From positions 1 to 57,355 of the forward strand of contig JAKFEP010000186.1 in NCBI GenBank assembly GCA_036675645.1: DNA of 57,355 bases, read 5' to 3'. Shown piece after piece: positions 11,201-21,191 of the stretch. Every line of letters starts with the position of its first letter. The first letter of the stretch is position 1. The notes beneath the pieces were generated by a model. The model was given only the letters and a program-made list of their open reading frames with translations. It was not told where the DNA came from and did no database searches. The DNA is from Methylotenera sp. (GTDB taxonomy: Bacteria > Pseudomonadota > Gammaproteobacteria > Burkholderiales > Methylophilaceae). The translations under genes were made by a program, and so were the position numbers.

Positions 11201-14200
11201 GACCCAACTGGTTACGCGAAATAATGCTAGGCGAAGCACGGCGCAAGGCATTGCAATAAATAACTGAGCTGGCTAAACGTCCATACACTTGGGCATCTGC
11301 TTCGCTGGCATTCAACATACGTAGTACTTCTTGGCTTTGAAACCATGCCATTTCAAAAGCACGCTCTACAAAATGACGATCGCCGTACTTATCTATCAAC
11401 GCCAATGCTGCTTCACGCGAATTAGCGACACCAGAAATAATCTGTACCGTTGTGGATTTATCTGCCGCCAAATGCACAGACCGCCGAATCGCAACAATAG
11501 GATCTAGCACTGAGCCATCGGTGTTAGATAAAGGATGCGCTAATGCTTGAGCGGATTTAACATTTGGCCTGCCAAATAGCTGATCGGTTATTTGATTTGA
11601 AACTTGCCCCAATAGATTTCCTGTGGTTTTTAAGCCATCCTCACTATCAAACACCACAGGATTGGCGGCAGAACGTCCGCGCCCGATAAATTTTGCACGA
11701 TCAGTTTCATAGGTGGGCACCTGGCCAGGGTTGGTATGATTGCCACCTTGCACTGCCATTAAATGAAACATCCACGGCACACGCTCGCCTTGGGTGCGTG
11801 GTCGCCTGGTACAAAGAATGGCTTGCCGATCATGCAAAATTTCAGTTTGTACGAATAGATTGCTAAATGAACGATGCGCTAAATCAGCGTTTTGCGGGGC
11901 TAATATCACCTCAGCATAGCTGGTTATTTCAATCTGATGAGGCCTTGCCGCCAAATTGGTGAGCGTGACACGCCGTATTTCCACATCATCTTCCGGAGAA
12001 ACACTGATTTCAGTATGTGTTTCAATGGTTTGGTCACGGCGACGATATTCAGCACGCGCCTGTGAAAATATGGCTTCATAAAAATCAGCTTTCCTCTGGG
12101 TTGGCTGATGCGCACTGGACCAATACCGCTGGCTATCCACATCCCGCAAATAGATAAAAGTGCCCCAGTTGTCCTGTGTGGCATCTTCTCGCCAGCGCGT
12201 AACTGCTAAGTCATGCCAGCGGCTATAACCGCCACCCGCATTGGTTGCCATCACATGATATCTGCCATTCGATAGCAAATGTACTTCCGGAATCGGCGTA
12301 TTGGCCTCAGGGAATATACGCATAATGGTACCTGCGGCCTTGTTAACTTCCACCGCATTTGCATTCACCTCTGCTGCGTGAGGCTGCAATGTCGCCCCCT
12401 GTTTAGGGATACGTTCCTGTAACAGCAGTTCTGTCGCTTTAATGGTTGGCGAAGCCATGAATCGGCGCTGCATCGGCTTATTCAACAGTACATGTGCAAA
12501 TGACAACAGGCTCATGCCCTGATGATGCGCCATGAAGGTTAAAATGGCAGCATGGTTTTTACCACGCGGTAAGCGACTGGGAGTGTAATCAATCGCTTCA
12601 TAAAACCCATATTGCCCAACAAAGCCGCTATCTGCTAACTTTTGTAAGTTTTTACAGGCTTCATTCGGCATCACCATTAACGCCAGTGCGCTGGCATAAG
12701 GTGCAATCACCAAATCGTCTGCCAAGCCTCTTTTAAATCCCAACCCTGGCACGCCAAAAGCCCGGTATTGATAGACTTGTCCATTGTCTGTCGCGTTATA
12801 GCAAGACTCTGAAATGCCCCACGGTACACCTTTAAGTTGGCCATATTTAATTTGCCGCCGTACTACCGCTTTACAGGTGTGGTTCAATAAAGTGTTTTCG
12901 AAACTGGGCATGAGTAACTGCGGCATTAAATACTCGAACATAGAGCCAGACCATGAAAGCAGACTAATGTCACCACCGATACTGGTGAGCAGACGGCCTA
13001 GTGAAAACCAATGCTTTTGCTGCAATTGACCTTGTGCAATCAATAAAAAGCTGGCCAGCCGGGCTTCAGACGCCAATAAATCGTAACAAGAAGGATCGCG
13101 CCGACGCTCACCAACATCAAAGCCAATACTCAGTAAATCAGTTGTGCTGTCGTACAAAAAGCTGAAGTCCATTTCAGCCAATTTTTGGGTACGCTCCACC
13201 AAATCATCTATTTTTTGCAAGCGCTTATTATTTGCATCAATATCTGTCATCTGACTGTTTCTGGATTCTTCCAAACATGCATTTGCTTGTGCATATAATG
13301 CGTTGGTCCAATAAACCAATTCATCTTGATCATCTAAAGACAGCACTCCTGCCAGCTCATGCATAATTTGCTGTATTTGCACAAATATTTGATGCATAGA
13401 CTGTGCACTTTGTGGTGAAGTAAACGCTTGCTTATGCAGTATTTCTTGCAAAAATTTAATCTTATTTTCGATGGGTTTTTCTAGCTGTGTTGGCAAATGT
13501 TCAAGCAATATAGTCAGCGTGTCACCTAAGCCTTGTAAATTTTTACAACTATTTAAAGGTTGATGTTTAAGTTCAAGCAGCCCCGCCTGCAAGGTCAATA
13601 AGCTTCCTGCCAGGTTGCCGCTGTCTACAGATGAAATGTAATGAGGATTTAATAGCCGTAGCGTGCGTGTTTCATACCAATTATAAAAATGACCATGATA
13701 ACGTTCCATTTTTTCCATGGTTGCCAATGTATTTTCGGTGAGGTATAACAATTGATTAACGCTGATATAGCCAAAGTCATAAGCGGCTAAATTTGCCAAT
13801 AGCCCCATCCCTATATTGGTTGGTGAGGTGCGGGATGCGATGGTGGTGGTTGGATGTTGCTGTACATTATCCGGCGCTAACCAATTTTCTTCAGCTGTCA
13901 CATACTGATCAAAATACCGCCAGGTACGCCTTGCGCTGGTTCGCAAAAAAACCGTCTGGCTTACCGTTAACTCAGCCACTTCTGAATCAATGGGCTTGCT
14001 GATCCACCACGCGACTAACGGCGAAACTAACCAAAGCAATAGAATAGGTACGCTAAATTGCCAAACCATTAATGGGCTAGCATGCAAGGTTTGCAACCAG
14101 ACTAAATAAGTGGTGAGCACCAATACAATCGCCGGTGCAATCCACATCTCTTTATAAAAATCTACCCGGCTTTGGCGTGCATTTCGCTTGGTATAAAGCG

Positions 14201-17105
14201 GTAAATGCCAAAGCAATAAATTGCGCTTGCTAAACAGCATGCGGCCAGCAGAGCGCGCTGTCGCATCTAAATTGACTGCAAATTCATAAGGTAGAAATAC
14301 CAGTGATAATGTTGCTAATAATAATGACTGAGTTGCCGTTTGATTGGACAATTTAAGATGCGCAAACCAAGCACGTTCTTTAGGTTTATTAAGAAATGCA
14401 ATCAGGCTGCTTAGTATCGGTGGCAAAAATAAAACCGCCAATACAGTTGCTTGAATGGTCACCAACATTAATAAGGATATATTAGATAACCAGCCTGCCA
14501 GCAGCAAAACAAACAGTGATAGCGCAATCAGGCTACGCCTTAAATTGTCGATAATTTTCCAAATCGATAAAGCACTTAATGGATTGCGCCGTCTGTTTGC
14601 ATCTATACCATTGGCGGTGGGCACCCGCGGGAGCAGCCAGCCAGCTAATTGCCAATCACCTCTTACCCAACGGTGACGACGACTGATATCCATGGGATAA
14701 CTGGTTGGATGATCTTCAATTAAATCAACATCACTCACCAGTGCACTTCTGGCATAGCCGCCTTCTAGTAAGTCATGGCTCAAAATCAGGTTATCAGGAA
14801 AACGTCCGTCTACCGCCAACCTAAAGGCATCGACATCATAAATACCCTTACCAACAAATGAGCCTTCTGCAAAAATATCTTGATAGACATCTGACACTTC
14901 CCGTGTGTAAGGGTCTATGCCAGATTCTCCCGCATAAAGCTTGGTAAACCAGGTTTGATTCGCGCTGACTAAACTAATGGATGCGCGTGGTTGCAAAATG
15001 GCGTACCCATTCACAACACGGCCTGCTTTCTCATCAAACACCGGGCGGTTCAGCGGGTGCGCCAAATTACCAATCAATTTGCATGCCGAATCACGCGGCA
15101 ATTGCGTATCCGTATCTAATGTAATGACATATTTAATACTGCTTAAAACGCTGGTATCGCCAACAATTTCTGTAAAGGCAGATTGATTAATAGTGTCCAT
15201 ATCACCGTCACGCAGCAGTGTATTAAATTGCTCTAATTTACCGCGCTTGCGTTCATAGCCCATCCAGATACGGTCCACTTCATTCCATTCGCGTTGCCGA
15301 TGGAATAAGTAAAATATGTTGGGTCTATCATTAAAGTATCTTGTATTCAACGCCTCAATACCGGCACGCGCATGGGCAATTAATGCAGCATCTTCTGGCA
15401 CCGTGCGTGCGGCAGCATCCTTAAAATCAGTGAGCAGTGCGAAAAATAAATTGGCATCCCGGTTACCGAGGTAACGAATTTCTAAAGCTTCAAGCAAGCT
15501 ATCAATCTCTTCCACGTTGCCAATCAAAGTGGGAATTACCACCATCGTGCGGTGTTGTTCTGGGATGCCTTTGGAAAAATCCAGCCTTGGTACTGGATGA
15601 GGGCGAACAGTCTGGGTAATGATTAAATTGACCAACGAAACAGCCAGGGCCGAAATGCCTATAAAACCAATCAAGCCCAAAAGTACAGTCAACCAATTGC
15701 TAAGTCCACTATAAGTTGCAGCAAAAACGATGATTGCAGTAAGTAATGCGGTGAGCAACAAAATACTGCCCACGTAGAGGATTAAGCTAAAGGGCTTGCA
15801 AGATTGCTTGAACACGCACTCCAGGGTGTTACGACAATTTAGTTTTTGTTTAAGTAACCTGAGACCATCATCAATTAAATAATAGCCAACGTGTGCGCTG
15901 CGGTGTTGACTCCCCACTAAGTTGGTCGCGTTATTGGCTAAGCTAATTGCCATGCGCGCTGCATTTACTTCATATTGCGAGCACTGGTTGCCCACCTGAT
16001 CAGTTTTAATTTTTGGGATTAATCTTGCGACATCCTCAATTGCATGACGATATTGATCGCGTGTAGAAAAATCTTGGTTCACATAATTGCTACTGGGGTC
16101 ATGAATTAATATCTGTTCTACCGCACTCAGTGACTCAACATAATTGCGCCAATCCATGCCGCCAATAAACCGTAAACTGCTCACACTATTAGCGATAGAG
16201 ATTTGATTAGCAGCGGCCTTACGGCTGGCAGATTCCAATAACTGCGTGGCAGTCATATGTTGTAGCGATAATTGCTGCTCTACCCAAGTTTGCACAAAGG
16301 CCATCGCTGCGCCTTGGTCCTGTAATCTGCTATAAAACTCTTCTACAAAAGACGCAGTGAGTGGTATGTCGGCATCAGCCAATTTGGCTAATAGCTGGAT
16401 AATATGTTTAGGTTCGTTTTCTGCAGCTAGAAGCATGCGATCTGCCCAAACAGACGCAGTTTCCTGCTCTTCGCGTCGATTCGCAATACGCACTGAAACA
16501 CGGCGTAAGTTTTCGATTAATGCCAACTGCAACATAATAGGAAACGCCCACAGCTCGCCTAACATCAAAGGCTCTACTGTTTGATACGCTGCAATAAACT
16601 GGGTGGTATTTTCATTATCCACCCGGCCATCCATATGCGAAATTAAGGCTAACGCTAAATCATAAATACGTGGAAAACCATCTGATATACCACCGACTAA
16701 ACGGGGTAATTGTTTACTATAGCCACGCGGCAAATGGCGCTGGGCTAATGTGATTTGCTGTTGAATTAAATAATAATTATCAAGTAACCAACTTTCAGCC
16801 GGGGCGATGCCCTGACCGATTTTTTCAGTGCTGCTGTTAGCCTGAGAAATAGCCTGATAGGCAGCCAAAATTACGCTTGCATTGTCTGAAAGCCTTGCAA
16901 GTAAACGATCTGGCCCAGGGGTGGGATTGACCTTATGCTGGCTGGCGAGTGTGATGGCATGGCGTTTAAGTTGCTCTATGCTGAGCAGTTCAGAGCGTAG
17001 CAACTCAGGTTCGTGCTCTTTAGGCGCTGATTTGCCTAGATGGGCAAGCAGGGTTGAGACTATGTTAGAAAGCTTATACAAGATATTGGGAATATTAGCT
17101 CTCAA
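8298..17105 (-). CDS. Cyclic beta-1,2-glucan synthase-like protein (Cgs/ChvB/NdvB family; GT84 plus C-terminal GH94 phosphorylase)
   Basis: 2935 aa; WMGYERKRGKL, TLDTDT, LSHDLLEG, RRHRWVRGDWQ, SWSGSMFEYLMP; GH94 motifs QSGGAYGFRDQLQD, GDWNDG, ENGGQYTHAA. Exact start uncertain. Confidence 0.88.
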   Translation of the reverse strand: MRANIPNILYKLSNIVSTLLAHLGKSAPKEHEPELLRSELLSIEQLKRHAITLASQHKVNPTPGPDRLLARLSDNASVILAAYQAISQANSSTEKIGQGIAPAESWLLDNYYLIQQQITLAQRHLPRGYSKQLPRLVGGISDGFPRIYDLALALISHMDGRVDNENTTQFIAAYQTVEPLMLGELWAFPIMLQLALIENLRRVSVRIANRREEQETASVWADRMLLAAENEPKHIIQLLAKLADADIPLTASFVEEFYSRLQDQGAAMAFVQTWVEQQLSLQHMTATQLLESASRKAAANQISIANSVSSLRFIGGMDWRNYVESLSAVEQILIHDPSSNYVNQDFSTRDQYRHAIEDVARLIPKIKTDQVGNQCSQYEVNAARMAISLANNATNLVGSQHRSAHVGYYLIDDGLRLLKQKLNCRNTLECVFKQSCKPFSLILYVGSILLLTALLTAIIVFAATYSGLSNWLTVLLGLIGFIGISALAVSLVNLIITQTVRPHPVPRLDFSKGIPEQHRTMVVIPTLIGNVEEIDSLLEALEIRYLGNRDANLFFALLTDFKDAAARTVPEDAALIAHARAGIEALNTRYFNDRPNIFYLFHRQREWNEVDRIWMGYERKRGKLEQFNTLLRDGDMDTINQSAFTEIVGDTSVLSSIKYVITLDTDTQLPRDSACKLIGNLAHPLNRPVFDEKAGRVVNGYAILQPRASISLVSANQTWFTKLYAGESGIDPYTREVSDVYQDIFAEGSFVGKGIYDVDAFRLAVDGRFPDNLILSHDLLEGGYARSALVSDVDLIEDHPTSYPMDISRRHRWVRGDWQLAGWLLPRVPTANGIDANRRRNPLSALSIWKIIDNLRRSLIALSLFVLLLAGWLSNISLLMLVTIQATVLAVLFLPPILSSLIAFLNKPKERAWFAHLKLSNQTATQSLLLATLSLVFLPYEFAVNLDATARSAGRMLFSKRNLLLWHLPLYTKRNARQSRVDFYKEMWIAPAIVLVLTTYLVWLQTLHASPLMVWQFSVPILLLWLVSPLVAWWISKPIDSEVAELTVSQTVFLRTSARRTWRYFDQYVTAEENWLAPDNVQQHPTTTIASRTSPTNIGMGLLANLAAYDFGYISVNQLLYLTENTLATMEKMERYHGHFYNWYETRTLRLLNPHYISSVDSGNLAGSLLTLQAGLLELKHQPLNSCKNLQGLGDTLTILLEHLPTQLEKPIENKIKFLQEILHKQAFTSPQSAQSMHQIFVQIQQIMHELAGVLSLDDQDELVYWTNALYAQANACLEESRNSQMTDIDANNKRLQKIDDLVERTQKLAEMDFSFLYDSTTDLLSIGFDVGERRRDPSCYDLLASEARLASFLLIAQGQLQQKHWFSLGRLLTSIGGDISLLSWSGSMFEYLMPQLLMPSFENTLLNHTCKAVVRRQIKYGQLKGVPWGISESCYNATDNGQVYQYRAFGVPGLGFKRGLADDLVIAPYASALALMVMPNEACKNLQKLADSGFVGQYGFYEAIDYTPSRLPRGKNHAAILTFMAHHQGMSLLSFAHVLLNKPMQRRFMASPTIKATELLLQERIPKQGATLQPHAAEVNANAVEVNKAAGTIMRIFPEANTPIPEVHLLSNGRYHVMATNAGGGYSRWHDLAVTRWREDATQDNWGTFIYLRDVDSQRYWSSAHQPTQRKADFYEAIFSQARAEYRRRDQTIETHTEISVSPEDDVEIRRVTLTNLAARPHQIEITSYAEVILAPQNADLAHRSFSNLFVQTEILHDRQAILCTRRPRTQGERVPWMFHLMAVQGGNHTNPGQVPTYETDRAKFIGRGRSAANPVVFDSEDGLKTTGNLLGQVSNQITDQLFGRPNVKSAQALAHPLSNTDGSVLDPIVAIRRSVHLAADKSTTVQIISGVANSREAALALIDKYGDRHFVERAFEMAWFQSQEVLRMLNASEADAQVYGRLASSVIYCNALRRASPSIISRNQLGQSGLWRFGVSGDLPIVLIRIGDINRINLVKQLLQAHTYWRMNGLIVDLVIINEDFSGYRAVLQDQIIGLINAGAEAQTMDKPGGVFIKRVEELSEEARVLFQTVARVVFTDSGENLIEQVERRVATERMTERASERLEPFLQAYPQRYVPLPKRTLIFDNGIGGFTTDGREYVITLRNGQTTPAPWVNVIASPHIGTVVSESGSAYTWVENAHEFRLTTWHNDALSDSSGEAQYIRDDETGVFWSPTPLPACTASLDESDYVCRHGFGYSVFEHHEAGISSEMTTYVAMDAPVKFVVIKLRNLSNRIRQLSLTGYWELVLGEWRHANLMHIVSEVDAQTGALFAHNAYSREFANRVVFAQLNEKELNLSGNRTEFIGRNGSLASPAAMYRKRLSGRTGAGLDPCAALQTSITLHEDGEREFVFVFGAANNADEARHYLQRFSGRAGARQALDAVYEYWNHTLGAVQVETPDAALNVLSNGWLIYQTISCRLWGRSGYYQSGGAYGFRDQLQDTMALVHATPWLMREQILRCAERQFPQGDVQHWWHPPNGQGVRTHFSDDYLWLVYATCRYVVATGDTAVLDEQVHFLEGRSLNQFEEAYYDLPQRSHESASLYEHCVRAVKYGLRFGAHQLPLIGCGDWNDGMNLIGRDGKGESVWLAWFLVENLNLFNMIAHNKGDEQFAEVCTTQAALLKGNIETNAWDGEWYRRAYFDDGTPLGSKENDECQIDSISQSWSVISKSGNPERAKQAMAAVNQRLVQRDAQLIKLLDPPFDQSQLEPGYIKGYVPGVRENGGQYTHAAIWTTMAFAMQGDHERAWELYGMLNPIHHAGTAEQIQTYKVEPYVMSADIYATAPHTGRGGWTWYTGAAGWMYRLTLETLLGITLENDQLHIAPCVPKHWQSYKIHYRYRDTLYHITINTNQEKLADLPRVVLDDVVVNGQVDKTNAAIACTIPLTDDRKEHNVLVNL

Positions 17106-17225
17106 GAATAACGCGTTAAACCGATAAAATTACTCTACTAAGAGTGAATTACTTAAGAGTTTTTACGTATCATATTTCAGTAAAAACCCTTAGGTTTAAT
17201 ATACGCTTTTTTTTGTAAAATACTA

Positions 17226-17241
17226 CGTACGGTAACGCACA
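17226..17241 (-). promoter_or_regulatory. Palindromic Crp-family box upstream of the glucan synthase
   Basis: Minus strand TGTGCG-TTAC-CGTACG, 22 nt, then TATATT. Confidence 0.75.
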
Positions 17242-17266
17242 TAGCCTTATTGCACTTAAGTTTTAC

Positions 17267-18010
17267 CTAAGCGTTTAGCTGCATTTTTTGGAGACGGTCT
17301 TGTTCTTTTTTTGCAATCGCATAACACTCACAACTGCGACCCTCTAATGCATGACGATCCAGCACCGTAATCAGGCCGCGCTTATAACTGATCACACCCG
17401 CTTCTTGTAGTTTTAATGCAGCATCCGTTACGCTCTCGCGCCTCACTCCTAACATGCCGGCAAGCATCTCGTGTGTCAGTGCAATTTGATTGGAGGATAG
17501 TCGATCTAAACTTAGCAATAACCGACGGCATAGTTGCTGGTCGATTGAATGATGACGATTACAAACCGCTGTCTGTGTCATTTGCGTAATCATCGCCTGG
17601 GAATAACGCAATAAAATATTCAGCATATGTCCATCACGATTGATCGCGGTTTTGGCTGCTTGAGCATGCATTCTGTAACCTTTTCCGGCGCACTGTACCA
17701 AGGCCTGGTTAGGTGTGTCGCTACCCGATAATAACAATGATATGCCGACGACACCATCATTACCGATGACTGCCACTTCGGACGAGTCTCCACTTTCTGT
17801 CATATACAACAAAGAAACAATCGCTGTGGTCGGGAAATACATGTAAGCAGGTGTTTTTCCTGATTCATACAACACTTGGTTCAGAGAGAAATCGACAGGT
17901 TCCATATCAGGTTCCCATTGATGCCACTCATTTTCAGACATCGCAGCCAACAAATGGTTAAGTTGGGGTAATGACGCCTGATCTTGGATTTTTTGCGCGA
18001 CAGCATTCAT
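17267..18010 (-). CDS. Crp/Fnr family transcriptional regulator (paralog 1)
   Basis: cNMP-binding-like fold, AVCNRHH..QQLCRRLL, HTH LGVRRESVT, C-terminal SCECY; SD AAGGAG. Confidence 0.9.
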   Translation of the reverse strand: MNAVAQKIQDQASLPQLNHLLAAMSENEWHQWEPDMEPVDFSLNQVLYESGKTPAYMYFPTTAIVSLLYMTESGDSSEVAVIGNDGVVGISLLLSGSDTPNQALVQCAGKGYRMHAQAAKTAINRDGHMLNILLRYSQAMITQMTQTAVCNRHHSIDQQLCRRLLLSLDRLSSNQIALTHEMLAGMLGVRRESVTDAALKLQEAGVISYKRGLITVLDRHALEGRSCECYAIAKKEQDRLQKMQLNA

Positions 18011-18172
18011 GTGGTTCTCCTTAACTAGGGGCTCATGATGCGTTCAACTCATCGAATTTTTTATCAGTTACGCGCTTAATATAATGTAAGCATTATCCTA
18101 CGAGCTGATATTTATGCTGACCTCGTACCGTTAAAACTAAAAACTGTCATTAATGCTTCACTTTGAACTATT

Positions 18173-18188
18173 TGTGCGCCAGCGCACT
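18173..18188 (+). promoter_or_regulatory. Palindromic Crp-family box upstream of the EEP-clsB-nnrD operon
   Basis: TGTGCG-CCAG-CGCACT, 20 nt, then TAAGAT (18209). Confidence 0.75.
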
Positions 18189-18308
18189 TTAGAATTAATT
18201 AAACAATGTAAGATGATTAATGAAAACAAGCTAAGCTATCAATGCTGCCGAACCGTAAAACCAACTGTCTATAATTCGTTATAGTTTCTATAAAAAGCTG
18301 AGTTCAAT

Positions 18309-19061
18309 TTGCATAACACATTACGTATCGCTACATTCAATATCCATAAAGGGGTGACACACTTCAGCGCGAGCTTGGCGTTGCACCATCAGCGTGATTT
18401 GTTGCGAAAACTACATGCTGACATTATATTTTTACAAGAAGTACAAGACGTACATACACTAAAAAGTAAGCGTTTTTTAGCCTGGCCGACTGCAGGCCAA
18501 GTGGAGTTTTTAGCCGATACGGTTTGGAAAGATTATGCTTATGGCAAAAATTCGGCCTACCCAGCTGGCCACCATGGCAATGCTTTGTTGTCAAAATTTC
18601 CAATTCTAAACAATAAAAACATAGACATTTCAGCCCATACCTCTGAGCAGCGAGGCATACTGCATACTGAAATTAACGTACCCGGTTGGACATTGCCCTT
18701 ACATACTGTCTGTGTGCATCTGGGTTTATTTGCACATTGGCGGCATCAACAATTATATAAAGTTGCTGAATACATTGAGACACATGTACCTGCTGATGCG
18801 CCGCTAATTATTGCTGGTGATTTTAACGATTGGAGTATGCGTGCAGGCCGTGTCTTCGCAACGCGCTTACATTTAAAAGAGGTTTTTGAACATCATGCAG
18901 GTATTTCAGCACGCAGCTTTCCGTCTTGGCTGCCTATATTGCGTCTGGACCGTATTTATGTGCGTGGTTTCAGCATTAAGCATGTAGAGGTGCATTCAGG
19001 CCCACAATTTATTAAACTGTCAGATCACGCTATTTTAACGGCTACTCTAAATAAAGTATGA
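18309..19061 (+). CDS. Endonuclease/exonuclease/phosphatase family protein (YbhP-like)
   Basis: ATFNIHKG, FLQEV, HGNALLS, AGDFNDW, LDRIY, LSDH; upstream of clsB as in ybhP-ybhO. Confidence 0.88.
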   Translation: MHNTLRIATFNIHKGVTHFSASLALHHQRDLLRKLHADIIFLQEVQDVHTLKSKRFLAWPTAGQVEFLADTVWKDYAYGKNSAYPAGHHGNALLSKFPILNNKNIDISAHTSEQRGILHTEINVPGWTLPLHTVCVHLGLFAHWRHQQLYKVAEYIETHVPADAPLIIAGDFNDWSMRAGRVFATRLHLKEVFEHHAGISARSFPSWLPILRLDRIYVRGFSIKHVEVHSGPQFIKLSDHAILTATLNKV

Positions 19062-20242
19062 CGACTTTTGTTGGCGGAAACCAGATTGAGTTACTGCGTT
19101 GCGGGGTTGAATACTTTCCAGCGCTAGTGCATGCCATTGACGCTGCCAATACGGAGATTTACCTAGAAACCTATATTTTTGAATTAGATAAAGCGGGTAT
19201 CCAGATTGGCAATGCGCTGAAACAGGCAGCACAGCGTGGCGTCATGGTAAACGTTTTGCTAGATGGTTTTGGCTGCAAAGATATGCCGTCGGAATATCTA
19301 AAAGAATTACGACAAGCTGGTGTACAAGTCATGCTGTATCGGCAAAAAATATCACCCTGGACATTTAAAAAAAATCGCTTGCGCCGCCTACACCGAAAAA
19401 TTGTAGTCATTGATGAGCATATCGGCTTTGTTGGTGGTATTAACATTATTGATGATTACAACGTGCCTGAGAACACGCCGCCACGCATTGACTACGCCGT
19501 CCGTGTTGAAGGTGAGTTGTTACCCAGCATCACCGCAAGCGTACGTAAACTTTGGCATCGTATGCAATGGACACACTTGCAGCCTACTCGCCCCAACGCA
19601 AACAAACACTTAACTCAGGCTAAACCAGCAGGGAAAAAAAGTGTCAAAAAAACTATCCAAAAAGGCATGCAGGCTGCATTCGTATTACGCGATAACGTCT
19701 TGCATAGACGCGACATTGAAAAGGCTTATTTAAGCGCTATCCTCGCAGCGAAGTCTGAAATCATTATCGCGAATGCCTATTTTGTGCCAGGCAGACGGTT
19801 TCGTAGAGCATTATTAAAAGCTGCCAGACGTGGCGTAAAAATTGAGTTGCTGTTGCAAGGTCGTATGGAATATTTTTTAATGTTTGCTACGCACGCTTTT
19901 TATGGCCTGTTTTTAAAAAACGGTATCGATATTTATGAATATCGCAAAAGCTTTATGCACTGTAAGGTCGCTGTCATTGACGGCTATTGGGCTACGGTTG
20001 GATCATCCAATATCGATCCTTTTAGCATGCTGCTAGCACGTGAAGCCAATATCGTTGTACAAGATGCAGCATTTTCTAACCAGTTACGCAGTGAAATCTG
20101 CGCTTCGATTCGTGAAGGTGCCTATCAGGTCAATGCCAAAGAATGGTTGCAAGGCAACATTCTCAAACGCACCATATCATGGTTTACCTATGGCATTGTC
20201 AGAGTTTTTTTGGGCTTCATTGGTTATTCGAAAGAGCAGTAG
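19058..20242 (+). CDS. clsB: Cardiolipin synthase ClsB
   Basis: Two HKD motifs (HRKIVVID, HCKVAVID), no N-terminal TM segment, translationally coupled to the ybhP-like gene. Confidence 0.85.
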   Translation: MTTFVGGNQIELLRCGVEYFPALVHAIDAANTEIYLETYIFELDKAGIQIGNALKQAAQRGVMVNVLLDGFGCKDMPSEYLKELRQAGVQVMLYRQKISPWTFKKNRLRRLHRKIVVIDEHIGFVGGINIIDDYNVPENTPPRIDYAVRVEGELLPSITASVRKLWHRMQWTHLQPTRPNANKHLTQAKPAGKKSVKKTIQKGMQAAFVLRDNVLHRRDIEKAYLSAILAAKSEIIIANAYFVPGRRFRRALLKAARRGVKIELLLQGRMEYFLMFATHAFYGLFLKNGIDIYEYRKSFMHCKVAVIDGYWATVGSSNIDPFSMLLAREANIVVQDAAFSNQLRSEICASIREGAYQVNAKEWLQGNILKRTISWFTYGIVRVFLGFIGYSKEQ

Positions 20243-20255
20243 TTTTAGCAAAAAG

Positions 20256-21146
20256 ATGAAGAAATCAACCATTAATACCACGCCAAATAAGACAGTTAAA
20301 AGCAATGCTTTGCTGAAGCACATGTTTTTTCCTGCGCTGCCAGCACGCAGCCCAAGTTCGCATAAAGGGTCTTTTGGCAGTGTGGCAATTGTAGGCGGCG
20401 ATACTGGCATGACTGGTGCAGTATTGTTAGCCTCTCGTGCCGCCCTATTCTGCGGGGCGGGGCGGGTTCATGCGTTTTTCTTAGCTGAAAATGCGCCTAG
20501 CGTTGATACTAACCATCCTGAGATCATGCTGCATCCAGCCTCCGCGCTGACTAACATGAAGCAAATGAGCTGTATTGTCATCGGCCCAGGCTTAGGTCAA
20601 TCAAAAGTAGCCCTTGAACTGCTGGAGTTCTGCATCAAACAACATGTTAAGTTGTTGCTTGATGCAGATGCACTCAATTTAATCAGTCAACAAGCACATT
20701 TAAGTAACCTACTTAACAGTCGCCCGGCCGAAACCATTATGACACCCCACCCTGCCGAGGCAGCGCGTCTTCTTGCCACCACGGTAGCTGAAATTCAAAA
20801 CAATCGCAGTGGAAGTGCGCAAAAATTAGCTACTAATTTTCGGGCGGTTTGTGTATTAAAAGGTGCAGGAAGTATTTGTGCACACTTCGATGGCAGTTGG
20901 TTTATCAATACTACAGGCAACCCAGGATTGGCCAGTGGCGGTACAGGTGATGTTTTAAGCGGAATCATTGGCAATTTGATTGCACAAGGTTTAACTACAA
21001 TGCAGGCAGCTAAATTGGGCGTCTATGTGCACGGCGCTGCTGCCGATAAACTGGTGGCTGATGGCGTTGGCCCGGTAGGTTTGACGGCTTCAGAGATCAT
21101 ACTAGAGGTGCGCAACCAGATTAATCAGCTGAATAAACTGGCGTAG
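20256..21146 (+). CDS. nnrD: Stand-alone ADP-dependent NAD(P)HX dehydratase (YjeF C-terminal domain)
   Basis: HKGSFG, IGPGLG, LDADAL, TPHPAEAARL, VLKGAG, GGTGDVLSG; start moved to ATG 20256 to avoid the clsB overlap. Confidence 0.85.
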   Translation: MKKSTINTTPNKTVKSNALLKHMFFPALPARSPSSHKGSFGSVAIVGGDTGMTGAVLLASRAALFCGAGRVHAFFLAENAPSVDTNHPEIMLHPASALTNMKQMSCIVIGPGLGQSKVALELLEFCIKQHVKLLLDADALNLISQQAHLSNLLNSRPAETIMTPHPAEAARLLATTVAEIQNNRSGSAQKLATNFRAVCVLKGAGSICAHFDGSWFINTTGNPGLASGGTGDVLSGIIGNLIAQGLTTMQAAKLGVYVHGAAADKLVADGVGPVGLTASEIILEVRNQINQLNKLA

Positions 21147-21191
21147 TAATCATTGGGGATGCCCCACTGGTGCGTTTGCCAGCAATGTTCT

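Noticed and set aside
20040-20255. 72-aa N-terminal extension of the NAD(P)HX dehydratase ORF
   Set aside because: Overlaps clsB in another frame and shows no YjeF-N epimerase motifs; ATG 20256 fits better
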